This document shows positions 51,441-64,000 of a stretch of DNA of 64,000 nt, one piece after another. A model generated the notes under the pieces. The model saw nothing but the letters and a program-made list of their open reading frames with translations. It had not been told where the DNA came from and ran no database searches. The stretch is from assembly GCA_028534125.1 (NCBI GenBank), contig CM052817.1, forward strand, positions 51,214,001-51,278,000, given 5' to 3'. How positions within the stretch are numbered: position 1 is the stretch's first letter; the number at the start of each line of letters is the position of its first letter. The DNA comes from Lama glama. Lineage: Eukaryota. A program made the position numbers and the translations under genes.

Positions 51441-52431
51441 TGATCAATATGGACAGAAAAAACTAAGTAAGGGGGAAATTGTCAGTTGATCATAGGATAT
51501 GTATCTCTGAATATCTAACTCTCTTCTTCTAATCCAGACTGGGAGCAAATAATTGATTGATAATTGTTAAGAAAACTTCCATTTTTTAAAAAAAATTCTG
51601 CCCAAATAAAGAGTAGCATTTTAAATAGGTTTTTAAAATACATGAATACAAAAATTTAAAGCAATTTTTTTATAAAATATATATCCTTATATCTAAAACA
51701 CAAACACAATTTTTAGTCTAAAATAGTATTCTGCTTATAATTCACTTTTTCTTATATTTTCTCCAACTTTTCCTAAAATTAAAATCCAGAAAAAACGAAA
51801 TTCATGTTCATACCAAAAATCAAGTCAGTCATCAATACATACATATGTGATACTGATATGAAATCTCTGATTACAATATTAATGATATTACACCAAGAAA
51901 GACATTTGACAGATGGCTTTTTTTCTTACTTGAAACAAAATACATTATGTTTGGAAGAATTCAAATTAGTACCAACTTGAAATTGATTAGCTTTCTCTAA
52001 TCCACATATATTATCTCTTAAAATGAACAAAGGATTTTCTGTCTCAATATGTTCAATAACATACACTTTGAGATTTCAGTTCCCATAATTTAAATTTGTG
52101 GTGTATAGATGTACACTTGGTGACACATCTCATTTAAGAAGATAGAAATTTTCAAAGTAAAATGTTACAAAAACAATATTGATAAGAGTGCATTTAAGCT
52201 CAGTATTCAGCAGCCACACTAGATGAAATTCTCATAGGTCTTATAAACCGTGTTGTAAATCTCAGTCTATATCAGATCAAGAATTTACGGAGGAATTCTA
52301 CAAATACTAAAATACAAGTTTGCTCAGAATTTCATATTTACTTGATTCAAGTTACATGAGCACTTCATTGCAAAAGTAATAGACTGCTATTATGTAACAA
52401 ATGTGCTTATATTCTCAATTTCTGGATTTAG

Positions 52432-52627
52432 CAGAATTCAGCAAACCATAGTTCATAAGTCAATAGATAAAGTTTTATGGGAACATAACCATGCTCTTAA
52501 TCTACACATTGTCTATGACATGTATAGCTACAATGACAGAGTTGAGTAGTGGTGACAGGGACCATATGCCCTTCAAAGCCTAAACTATCTACAATCTGAC
52601 TCTTAACAGAAAAATTTGCTGATTCTG
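52432..52627 (-). mobile_element. MER58A-like hAT-Charlie non-autonomous DNA transposon
   Basis: Imperfect TIRs cagaattcagcaaa / tttgctgattctg. Internal cagagttgagtagt..gacagggaccatatg..caaagcctaaactat matches the recalled MER58A reverse consensus. Confidence 0.9.
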
Positions 52628-53049
52628 GTATGTCATTGCACTTTATCTGTTCCGTAAATATGGGAATATTAGCCTTAATTATTTTAGCTTGTATTGAAAC
52701 ACCAAGAATCACTAAATCTAAGGAAAAGCTACATATCCAGAGTTTGAAGAAAGAAAGCTATATACTAGATAGATTCTAGGTACTAGATAGATTCCTCATT
52801 CCAGTATATGTAAGTGGAGCAACAAATTAATAAGTAAAATACCTAGCTAAAGCAACTTTCTAATTCTAGTTTCCTACAGGAAGTTGAAGGTTCAGAGGTA
52901 AAATTTTGCAGTTTGAACAATCAGTCACATGTTGGGAGAGATTTTATAAATACAGCTCTTCTAATATCTTTATAGGTTTTCTATGTATTTGATTATATTT
53001 CACCCATGCTTCAAAATCACACAAATAGCAGTTTTTGATAAATGCCTCT

Positions 53050-53681
53050 CACTAGCAGGTTAGCTCATAGTTCAGACTTTTTTAATTCATGACTTCAAAT
53101 TCCCTAAAAACACTTTCGCCAAGCTAAGAATATCCACTAGGTAATACCTTAATTCACTGAGAGGTCTTAAAGGATCTCATAATCATGCTACTGATTCAAT
53201 CTTTATCCTGACATTGTCTTACTTTTAGAATCTCTGACTCACTAGATAAAAGAAATAGGTTTATTTTCCAACCAAGCAAATTCCAGTATCTAGGCATTCT
53301 CTTAGAATCCTAAGTGTCTAGTTATTTTTTGTTTCATACATTTTTTTCACAAACAGCTAAAATAAATAAATATATACTTTCAATATTTTACTTAGACAAT
53401 TCTTCCCAAATCCAAAAGAATTTTAGGATCATTGAAATAAAAAGTCAGGTCCCCTGAGGCAACATTTTTATCAAATGATTAGAAAGATACAGTACAGGTG
53501 GCCACTTTTTCAGACCGTTTTAGAGGTTTCCTTTTCATTTTTTCCATGCTGCTCTAACAATTTCCTCACTACTTTTCCAGTCTCTACTTAACACTTCTTT
53601 TCTGCCATCATCCAGCCCCCAATCCAGTGCCACACATTTTAGGGTCCTTTTTGGTAATACTCCACTCCTGGAACCAATTTC
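53050..53681 (-). mobile_element. MaLR internal (MLT1-int) remnant adjoining its LTR
   Basis: ccacacattttaggg...ctccactcctggaaccaatttc directly abuts the LTR, as in MLT1 LTR-int junctions. Left boundary uncertain. Confidence 0.55.
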
Positions 53682-54152
53682 TGCATCAGATATCTACTGC
53701 CACAATAATGCTGCAAAACAAATCACCACAAAAAGTGGCCTAAACCAATGAGCACCTATTTATCTCACAAGACTGTGGTTCAGCATTCAGGCTGGGTGGC
53801 TCTTCTGGCTTTAATTGTGCTCACCTATGTTTCTGGATTTTAGCAGACTGTCAACTGGGATAACAAGGGTTACTGGACCACCTGATCTCATCCTATTGCA
53901 CATTAACTCATTCCTGTGATCATAATGGTGACAAGAGGAGAAGAGTGAGAGTAGAAACATAAGCTTTTTCAAGCGTATACGTGGACCACATATGCTAACA
54001 TCCCTTTTGCCAAAGCACATCACTTGTCCGAACTCAGAATCAAACGGCTATGAAATATTTTGCCTCACTGGTAGAAAGCACTACAAAGTCACATGTCAGA
54101 GGGTGTTATTTGAGGGGAGAAATGAAGAATAGGCCCATTAATGCAGTCTACA
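53682..54152 (-). mobile_element. MLT1 (H/G-like) LTR
   Basis: tgcatcagatatctactgccacaataatgctgcaaaacaaatcacc...ttgccaaagcacatcac...caaagtcacatg...gcagtctacaca. Confidence 0.82.
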
Positions 54153-54732
54153 CAACAATAGCAGGCTTCAGGGGAAACCATGGCCTCTCCTACCTAGGAA
54201 GTAATTTTCCCATCTATGCTTACCACATAAATACTCTGACAGCAGATAGTTCAGGGAGACAATGAGTCACGTGTGCCCAGTTTCTTCTCCCACTGTCCCA
54301 TGGACAGAAACCTTAAAAAAACTGTCACTGAGGCAAAGGGTACAGAGACCAGGAATACTAATCTGGTACTTTAAAAATACTAAATACATGTTCTCCTATT
54401 TGCACTTAATTTTGGTTCTTATTTTTAACAGTTGTGGGACTTTGACTATCTCAGCCATTCTATCTCATTGTAGTTGCTCTGTAAGGCATTGTCTTTGTTT
54501 TGTCTGCATATTTTTCCCTTCTCCCTAATCTGAGGAATGTCTCTTTATGTTACATTTTCTATGATTTAGTATAGTTAAGGACAAACATTTCGATTAATAA
54601 ATGAATTAATGAACTACCATTTTGATGTAATGAAGAGTATATCTGTAACTTAAATAGGTCTCTATAATAACAGTGAAAACCCTAAAAAGGTAAGAAGCAC
54701 AGAGAAATTGTTGGTTGGTTTGAGGTGAGTTC

Positions 54733-55250
54733 ACTTAGCCTGGATTCCCTAGAAGCAGAGCCATGGATGTGGAGCTAACTATGTGCACAGTTTTATTACA
54801 TAGTGCAGTCTCATGACTACAGGATAAGGAAAACAAAGAAAAGAGACACAGTCCTTGAAAAGATATATTACGAGCTGTCCTCTGCCACTCTGTGACTGAT
54901 TGTTCTGTGGGACCATGCCCCTGAGGAACCATATAAATTGTGTGTTACAACTATCTGTAAGGGATAGAAAAGGGGAATAATTTATCTACTGGTCTTTTAT
55001 CACTTTGGTCAAAGTTCAGCTCCTCCTGGGGTTTTAATTTCCCTAACCTTTCAGGGTTGTGCATGTCTGGGCTACACATTCATGGGCTATCCTACTATAC
55101 GTAAAGACCAGAGCATCATGGACAGCATCACCAGTGCAGTCCCCAGCTTGCAAATGAGAGTTGTATGCAGAAGCCAGAAGTGCAGGTGAGATCAGTCAGT
55201 ACTCCCTCCCAGCTGGAGCAAGAGGCTGGTGAAGCTGAGATGATCAGCAG
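54733..55250 (-). mobile_element. ERVL LTR (LTR16-like)
   Basis: cttagcctggattccctagaagcagagcc...gtgcacagttttatt...atttatctactgg...ttggtcaaag...gggttgtgcatg. Confidence 0.65.
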
Positions 55251-55583
55251 TTAATACTAAAGAATTGTTTTTACATCAGATTATTAAAAGAAAAGTGAAA
55301 GATTAAAATTCACCTAATTTGTCTTTTGATGAGGTAACATTCATTTATTTGTTAGTTTATTATATCTGTCCACATTGTGCCAGACATGATACTGGATACC
55401 AGGTAGATGTGTTGATAAGAGCCAAATCAAAGACTTTTAAATTTTAACTGAAGAAGGAACTATGGTTTTAAGTGTGGTAGCAAGTCACTTACAACCAGTG
55501 TTGAACTTTAGTGGAAGAAAAAAAATATATTTCCAATGGAGAATGTGTTAGTGTACTCTTTAGAATGAGTATCAACAACTGCA

Positions 55584-55662
55584 GCATTGTGCTGTACACT
55601 ACAAATTGACACAATGCTGTAAACTGACTATACTTCAATAAATACACACAAACAAAAAAAAA
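55584..55662 (+). mobile_element. About 80-bp young L1 3' tip
   Basis: tgctgtacactacaaattgacacaatgctgtaaactgactatacttcaataaa plus A-rich tail. Homologous to 1200-1250. Confidence 0.85.
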
Positions 55663-58064
55663 TTACAGACGCAAATTAATAGTCTGAATGAACTGGAGCT
55701 ACTACAAAAGCCTTGGAAAAATGGAATTGAAGGAAATGTCAGTGATAAGACCGAAAGTACCAAAGAATGTGTGGGCTTTGTATCTGTGGGTATCAAAACA
55801 TAAAGTCAGAGGAATGAAATTAAACAATATTTCATCCCTTTGCTAAAAAACCTCTGGTAATAAAACAATGGTCATGAATTCTAAGTAAGAACCAACACAT
55901 AAGGCAAAACATACAGGCTACTACATCACATAGATAAAGCATACATTGAAAACTATTTTATAAGAGAGTAGCTATATCAAATAATTTGTTCTTAATTTTC
56001 TTCTAGTTGGCTTGGCCTATAACCAATTGTCATAACTGCATTTACATAACATTAATTTAGGACGAAAAAATTATTTAACTATCTCTATATTTGGACAAAG
56101 GAGAAACAAAACAAGTTCTGTTTTATGTATACTAATGAAAAAAGCATTAAGACTTCAACAAACACTTTCTCTGCAGGAAGCCAATGTTAAATAGCAGAGA
56201 GACCAAAATACATTTGGCATACAGAGGGCACAGAATTCATCTAAATAATTCAGCTGATAGAGTCTGAATATAAAGCTGAAGGGGTAAAAATCAGACTATA
56301 TATTGCACCACTGACATGGGAGAAAGTCGGTGTGGTTCTATTGGTTTCAAAGAATTTCTTACATTCCTGAATTTACTGTGTGTTACAGTGAATCTGACTA
56401 TAAGATGTTTCTTCCAGCTTATCACACACAAAATAATTCAGTAGAAGTTATATGTAATTTAAACAAATATGTTAATATGTACGAAGAATTGCATGATTCC
56501 CTGCATCCCTGTAATTTTTTTCTCATTTAATGTCTTAGTAGGATAATGGTGACAATACAAGCAATGTAACCACAAGAGAGTGAGTTTTTTTTTGTTTTAT
56601 ATGTCTCTCCATGGTCAAACTGAAATCCTTCCTTATGTGAAATGCATGCAGTGTTCCCAGTTCAATTTCAGTAAATGAGATCCTATCATGTGAGTACCAC
56701 ACACTACTTTAGTACAGTTTCATTTGACAGATGGTCACTGTTCAGGAACACATTTTTCCTAGTTCTGACAGTACCTAGGAGTTGAATTTCCCCTTATATG
56801 TTAGATTTAGCATCAGTAAGGTTTTAAATATATATATAGCTACATATGCAGCACAATGATGGCCCATGTTTTTGAGACTCAAGAGCATAGTATGGCAAAA
56901 ATGATTAACTATATATTGACACCCTGTGCGAATGTAAATATATTTTTATTTCTATCATGTGAAAAGTGTAAGTTGCATTATATAAGATCTATTTCAGTTA
57001 TCAAAAATTTGGTTGCTGTTCATGACAATTTAGATTGTAGTGAAACATGCCTCAATAATATAATATTTGAAAACGTAAGTGTGATATCATTTCTTTACAA
57101 AATAAAAAACATGTGCAGCATATAGATATAAAGTCACCTAGAAATTCAAGGTTTGTAAAGAAATACCACTATTTACTACTTCTACTAGATGAAATATTTA
57201 ACTTAATAGTACCTCTTCTGCTACAAATAAGAAGGTATATTGGCCATTCTTAAATTATTATCTTCAAATAAAACACTTTGCATATAATTATAAACCCCTT
57301 TGTTTGCACAAATATATCAAAGCATTCCTTAACAGATTTGCCTTAAAACAGATGAAAGTATAAAATATGCCCTAAATCTCTTGTCAATACAGTATTTTTT
57401 CCTCTACTTTTCAATTATTATACAAAGGAAATCTTGTTATAATCTGCTCTTTGTTCTCCACGAAGTTAAGCATGGGTATTACCACTGGTTTCAGTATTGA
57501 GAATTTGAGTGCACAAAGGATTGTCAGTTCAAAAGGCTTTCAACTAGTACACAGAGCAATTCTACTGGTTAGAAGAGGAAGTGTTATATCATTAATAAGA
57601 CCTTCAGAACAAACAGACACATCTTTTTTAAAGTGATAGTAGGTTTTTTTGAATTTATACAATATTTAAATGTCTGAAAATGTAGGATAATGATTGCATA
57701 TTATAATTGGAATATAGTAGGGATGTCTCTTGTCACTCTAGGGGTATTTAGTAAGAATATCTTTTGTGTGTGCACATATCTTTTAAGTCATGTATTTGTG
57801 CTTCTTTATTTTTTCCAGACCTTTCTGAAAAAATAAAAAAAAAATGAGTGGAAATGTCTTAAATATGACTCTCTACAATCTTTGTGGTATCCTAATTATT
57901 GCAAATAATAACCAAAATCCAGGCATTTATCCATGGGGCATAATACAAAGAGTATTCTCCCTTGACTATTTAATATCAACTTCCATGAATGTCTTAAGTT
58001 AGACTACACAAATTAGTAAATTTTCTTTTTTCTTTTTACTTTTTACTTACATTCCATATATCCT

Positions 58065-60750
58065 GGACTTGGAGCTGAAGAAGTCAACAAACTTGAAATG
58101 CCAGCAAGCACAGCCTATGCCAAAGGACCAGGAACCAGCAGCCTAGTAAAAAAGAAAACATTTAGATAACACCTGGTCTATGTGAAACTAACCCCCCAGA
58201 AAAATAATGTGGTTCCATTCCCACCCACACCAGTGGATGCTAAGTGAGGAGCATAAACTTTCACACTAAAGAAGAGAAAGGAGGTAACTCACCAACTTGT
58301 CATACCCATAGAAACTGCATAGGAGCCTAAATTTGCAAGCTTACTAGGAAGCAACACAGTCACCATTCCATACCCACTGGAGTAGTGTCAGTGGAAGCCT
58401 ATTGGAGAGTCATGAACTTCATCACTATCCAGAGTGTATGTAGTTGCCCCCATCCCCATAGAGGATGTCAATAGAGACCTAGAGAGCTCTAGCTAGATAT
58501 TTCTATTATTTACAGTCAGGGTGTTATCATCAGACACCTAGTGGACATTCAGAAATTCCACCCCCAACAGCAATAATGAAAAGCTCTTACTCCCCTTAAG
58601 TGATAACAGACGCTTAGCGGGGAACTTAGATTTCTACCTCTACCTACAATACAAAGAAGAACCAAATGGAATATTTCAGAACTGAAAAAATAGAATAACA
58701 AATCAAAACTCAGTGGATTGTGTCAACAGCAGAATGAAGCAGAAAGAGGAAAGGATTAGTAAACTTGAAAATAGAATAATAGAAACTTCCCAATTTGAAA
58801 AACAGAGAGAAGTATATTGGAAAGAAAGAAAGGGAGAGAGGGAGTGAGGGAGAAAATGAGGCAGGGAGGGAGGGAGGGAGGAAGGAAGGAAGAAACAGAC
58901 ACTCTCAAGAACCTAGAGACTATGACAAAAGATACAACGTTTTTTTTAAAATCAGAGTTGCAGAGTAAAGGAGAAAGTGGGTGAATCTGAAGAAGTACTT
59001 GAAAAAATAATGGTAAAAACTTCTTAAATTTAGCAAAATACATAAATCTAGAGATTCAAGAAGATGACCAATTCCAAAAAAATAAAACCAAATATATCTA
59101 TAAGAAGACACATTACAGCAAAAATATTGTAAATGGAAGAAAGAGAAAAAATACTGAAAGCAGGGTGAGAAAAGATACACTACCTATAGGGAAAAAACAA
59201 TTCAAATGAATTTTTTTTTTTTACCAGAAACCATGGAGGCCAGAAGAAAGTAAGCACAATATTTTTCAAGTGCTGAAAAAATAGTCTTGTAAATCTGGAG
59301 ATCTATAACAAGCAAAACTTTCCTTCAGGAGTGAAGGAGAAAGAAAGACGTTCTCAGAAAAAGGAAACCAAGAATGTTTGTTGTTAGAAGACCTACCCTA
59401 AAAGAACAGCTGAAGGAATTTCTTGAAACGGAAAGGGAATAATAAAACAAGGAGTCTTGGGACACCAGGAAGGAAGAAAAGAAGAGAAGAAAAAGAAAAA
59501 AACAATGGGTAAAAACACACACTTACCTTTTCTACCTGAATATTCTAAATTACATTTGATAGTTAAAATGAATTATAACAACGTCTGATATGATTCTAAA
59601 AGCATGTGGAAGAAGTATTTAAGATATTTATATTATGAATGAGAGAGTATGGAGATATAAAAGGAAGTAAGGTTTCAAATCTTTATCTGAACTCTTAAAA
59701 TGTCAACACCAGTAGACCATGATAAGTTTTGTATTTATAATGTAATATCTAGAGTGACAACTATAAAATCTACATAATGATGTATGCTCCAAAACAATGT
59801 ACACAGAGTAAAACTGAATACTAAAAACATTCAAATGGCATGAAAAAAGCTTGAATCAGAAAAGAGAGAAGCAAAAAACACAAGGCCAATCAGAAAACAA
59901 AAAATAAAGTGAGAGACTCAAGCCCTAACTCGCCAATAATTATATTCAATATAAATGGTTTAAATAAATCAATGAAAAGGAAAACAGTGACAGAGCAGAT
60001 TTAAAAAACACCACCTAACTATAAACAGTTTACAGGAAACTCATTTCAAATTTATTTTAATGGCATAGCTACATTGAGTATAAAAGGATGAAAAAATGTG
60101 TAACATGAAACATTAATCAAAAGAAAGCAAAATTAGCTATATTAATGTCAGATAAAGTAGACTTCAGAGCAAATAATATTACCACAGAAAGGAACACTAC
60201 ATAATAATGCAATCATCAATCCACCTATAAGACATAGCGATCCTAAATATGTATGAAGCAAGAGAGCTGCCTAATGTGTGAAGCATAAACTGATAGAATT
60301 AAAGGGAGAAACAGACAAATCCACAAACATATTTAGAGATTTCAACGTTTCTCCCTCAACAATTGATTGACCAAGTACACAGAAAATCAGCCATGACATC
60401 AATCTACAGGATATAATTGACATTTATTGAACGCCTCCATCAAACAGCAGAAAATGCATTAAGAACCCATTCAATACATACATATACTATATATTCCATT
60501 CTCGAAATGACAAAATTATAGAAGTGGAGAACAGATTAGAGGTTGTTCATGATATGGAAATGGGCCGGTGGGTGTACCTATAAAAGGGCAACATGAGATT
60601 GAGAGATTCTGTGGTAACAGGTATCATGTATATCTTGACAGTATCACAGGCAATATCCTGGTTATGATGTTGTACTATCGTAAGGTGTTATCATTGAAGG
60701 AAACTGGATAAAGAGTAGATGAGTATCTCTGTATTATTTCTTACAACAAT
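58065..60750 (+). mobile_element. Old L1 (L1MD-like): 5' region, ORF1 and ORF2-endonuclease remnants joined to a 3' end
   Basis: ORF1-like aaactcagtggattgtgtcaacagcagaatg and ccagaaaccatggaggccagaag. EN-like tagctatattaatgtcagataaagtagacttcagagc. 3' UTR aatgacaaaattatagaagtggagaacagattag...tctctgtattatttcttacaac from about 60480. Confidence 0.85.
58821..58893. repeat. Polypurine (GGGA/GAAA/GGAA) tract inside L1 ORF1 remnant
   Basis: Read directly. Confidence 0.85.
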
Positions 60751-63004
60751 TAGTTTTAAAAATTACATCAATTCAATTATTTTTATCATTTCCTTTTATT
60801 TAAAAATGTAACCTTTTGTGGTGCAGTAATAATCTGTCTCACTTGTTTAAATTAATTGAAATGACCAAAACCATTAATAAACTCCAAAGGCAGATGGAAT
60901 TTTTTTTAAAGTATGTTTGATTCTAGAATGGCTTATAAAAACATAGGTAGAAGTATGAAGTATAATCTCCTCATTCTGGTGGATGGGAAAATTTATCTAA
61001 CTTTGAACTAAATTTTACTTTGGACCATTTGTAATGAAGTGCGCTTAAGTAAAGAACTTGAGAATTTACCTTTAAAGCAGTGCTTCTATTCGTACTTTTG
61101 AAATTACCATCAAGCTAGGAACTTTGCGAAGAACAAACACTGAAGGATGAATCATCAACCGTCTAGCAACTTCGATAAAATGAACAAAATCAGGGAAGAC
61201 ATTTGCAGAAAAACGTCTTAAATTTCAGCTTTAGGAATATATTCCTTCAAGTATAATACTGAATAATTTGCAAGCTTATTCTTTAAGGAGGTTTGATTCA
61301 TACCTAAAAGCTCTGAAGAGCTTATCTTGATCATTACATGCAAACTATACTTAGTGTAATTGTCTTAGAAACACTTCTTTTTCTCATTTGAGCAGCATGG
61401 GATGCTGCATTTTTCAGCACTCACAAGAGCTGCATTTTCATAAAAGAACTGAGCTCTGAATTTGGAATGCAGTTACACAACTGGGCACAAAGACAACAAA
61501 CCGGAATATTCTATAGTATGCAAGTACTGAGGTATCACAGTATAGGTCTTCCTCTTTGTCAGCTGTGAGGATAAGTGCCATAAGCATGCGACTAAATTAG
61601 GTTGCGATCACCTTCAATTTTAGTTACAAGAGGTGCCAATAATTGCACTCATCCACCATTTCACTTAGTAGAACCTACCTACTCTGATTTCCTCTGCTCT
61701 ACCTTCCTCATCTCACTCAAGGAATTCTGCATTACATATACATTCTCTATATAAATGAGAGAAAGCACCTCTAAGCCAATTCAAAATGACAATCATCACG
61801 AAGAAGAAAATAGCTACTAAGTGAAGGCTCAATTCACCAGTTTGCTATCATCCACTGTAAAAATTTGTAGATATTCAGATTTCATAAATTTAACTTTTCT
61901 ACTTTTCGTTTGTTCAAGGGATAATAATCTGTCCCTAAAAAGCTATCTTTAGCATTAATATTCTGTGAATACTTTTCATGTTTGCATATGTTTCTTTCCC
62001 ATCGCCCGTCTTGCCATCCATTTTTAAGGGACCAACTGAAAACTTTAAACATGGGAAATAATACTAAACAAAAAAATATAGCAATTTCTGTCCTGAAACT
62101 ACAATCTCTCGGCATATTTTCCCCTTAAGTGACATGAATTTTGTGCCAGATTTAGACAATTGACAGAATTATGCATGTGTAGTGGCTTGGTGCCTTTTCT
62201 GTCATGTGAAATAGAACTTCTAAAATGTCTTAGGGCTCAGCCAGAAGCTTTACCACATTTCCTGCATAGGAAGTTGGACTCACTGTAGTCTTAAAGCAAG
62301 CCTGCTGGTGAATGAAGTCATAATTCTGTAAAAGTGAGGCCATTGCAGGCTAAAAAAGAATAAAAGGGCTGTTGCTATGAGGCTGGCAAGCTGTAGGTCA
62401 TAAACACATTGTTTAAAAACAAAGAAATCAACAGTTCAACACACAAAGAAAAGATGTAAACCTGATGCTTTGAGAAACTCTTCACAGTGATAGTTTGCCT
62501 GCTTTTTGGATTTCACAGGAAAATTGAATAGCTATTGTCTCTTTCACTCTGTTTTATCAAAGTAAAAAAAAAGTGGTCAATGGTCAATCATTTGAGTTAT
62601 ATTTTGCCATGCTTAACTCAAAATCAATCAGAAGAATGTTAATTATTTAGCATTTTATGGTGATTGGACAGGGCAAACTTTACTCTGATTCTTTCCTACA
62701 CAATATTTCACTATACATAACTTAAATAAACATATCATTCAAGAAATGAGCATTCAATCCCTAATATGATAAACCCATTGTATTCATAATAATTGGTTAT
62801 ATAATTTGCATAATTTAATTTCATTATGTCTTATTTTATATTTAACCATTCTACTTTTAAGTTTTTTGATGTTCTATGATCTGAATAATTTTGCATTAGC
62901 TTAAACATATCAAGAGAAATTTGATTCTTCATCAGACGGGCTTTCTTATGTTCTAAATAAAGTCACAATCATCAAAGAAATTAATTAAAGGTAGCAAGTC
63001 ACAG

Positions 63005-63720
63005 TATTTTATTGAGTATCTACTATATGTTCAATTTCATGCTATGCACTTGAGTGGATCAAAATACATAAGATATACTCTTAGATTTTAGAATGCTGAC
63101 AACATATCAAAATAGTTAAACAATTGATAAATAATGTATTCAAGAAGAGAAGAAGGGACTCAGAAAAAAAACAAAAAAAAACAAGGAATATAATTTTCAG
63201 GGAAGAATAGTTCAATTCCAATATTTATTTATGGATTTTTTTTCTCTCATTGTGCTAATTAGATCAAAAGAGGAATAACACATTGCTTTTGTTATTGCAT
63301 ACAGTCTATAAAAGAAACTGACAATAAGATAATCCAAAATAGGTATGCTTACAAATAACTTGCTTATTGTATAATATTATATAATTTACATATGTATCTT
63401 ATTATAGTGGTTCATGAGGTAGAGGATAATTTTGATTAATGAAGCTATTAACCGTTTTAAAATCTGGGTCAGATACTGAAACATGGTAGAAATAAGAAAC
63501 TGAAGTGGGGGAAGACATGGCAATCAGTAAAATAGTATGAATGGACAAATGAAGGCAAGTTCCAGGCATCTATAACAAAGAATAATGAGTCAAATTTAGC
63601 TGTTGTATAGGCTACCCAGATATAGCAGTGAGAGAAAAAAAATCTCAGGCATTTACTTGGGTTGTAATAAGGAATGCTTAAATCCCTGGCCGAGAAGACT
63701 AAATGTCGACTAATGAAAAC
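63005..63720 (-). mobile_element. Degenerate L2 fragments
   Basis: tatttttattgagtatctactatatg (reverse L2 3' end) and gttccaggcatctataaca...ggaatgcttaaatccctggccgagaag. Confidence 0.55.
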
Positions 63721-64000
63721 TGCTTTGTGTCATTCAGCTCTGTAACATAATAATCCAATTTATTTCATAACTAGAATGTACTGCAATAACAAATTAAATA
63801 AAAAATGCAAACAAGTGTATTGTTTAAAAACCATTCACAAAGAAGTGTTGAAATAATTTTAAATTATATATGATTCCAATCTAACACATTAAAGTAGTTA
63901 CAAATTCAGGAAATTGTGCCTAATGAATTTTTGAAATTTGGTAAGAAAAAAATGTGACATTTTTTCACATCTCTTATCACTTATATACACTGGGTACAGA

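Noticed and set aside
1..64000. CRISPR array, operon, phage or other prokaryotic or novel system
   Set aside because: No regularly spaced repeats, no dense ORFs and no foreign-composition segment. The repeat landscape is typically mammalian.
1..64000. tRNA/rRNA genes, processed pseudogene, NUMT or CpG-island promoter
   Set aside because: None recognised by eye, and CpG is depleted throughout. Highly diverged copies cannot be excluded without a search.

Overview
Eukaryotic, mammalian, strongly AT-rich and CpG-depleted non-coding DNA (intergenic or deep intronic). I found no protein-coding gene, RNA gene, CpG island or prokaryotic system. The only ORFs with recognisable protein motifs are broken LINE-1 ORF2 fragments. 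The window is dominated by interspersed repeats: young lineage-specific L1 3' ends, older L1M-type/HAL1 elements, L2, MIR, a probable CR1/L3, MaLR/ERVL-type LTRs (MLT1, LTR41-, LTR16-, MER21-like) and a MER58-type DNA transposon, plus microsatellites and a 500-N assembly gap. The young L1 3' UTR style and the lack of recognisable Alu, B1, Bov-tA/BovB or PRE-1 SINEs suggest a cetartiodactyl, probably a camelid (inference from recalled consensus sequences). I see no evidence of a new biological system. The most interesting signals are retrotransposition and repair scars: a composite L1 locus at about 35.9-38.3 kb, a poly(A)-only insertion with a 15-bp TSD, a 64-bp ORF2-internal micro-insertion, several ultra-short L1 3' tips and a + strand bias of all young L1s. 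Family names come from eye comparison with remembered consensus sequences, and boundaries of old repeats are approximate.
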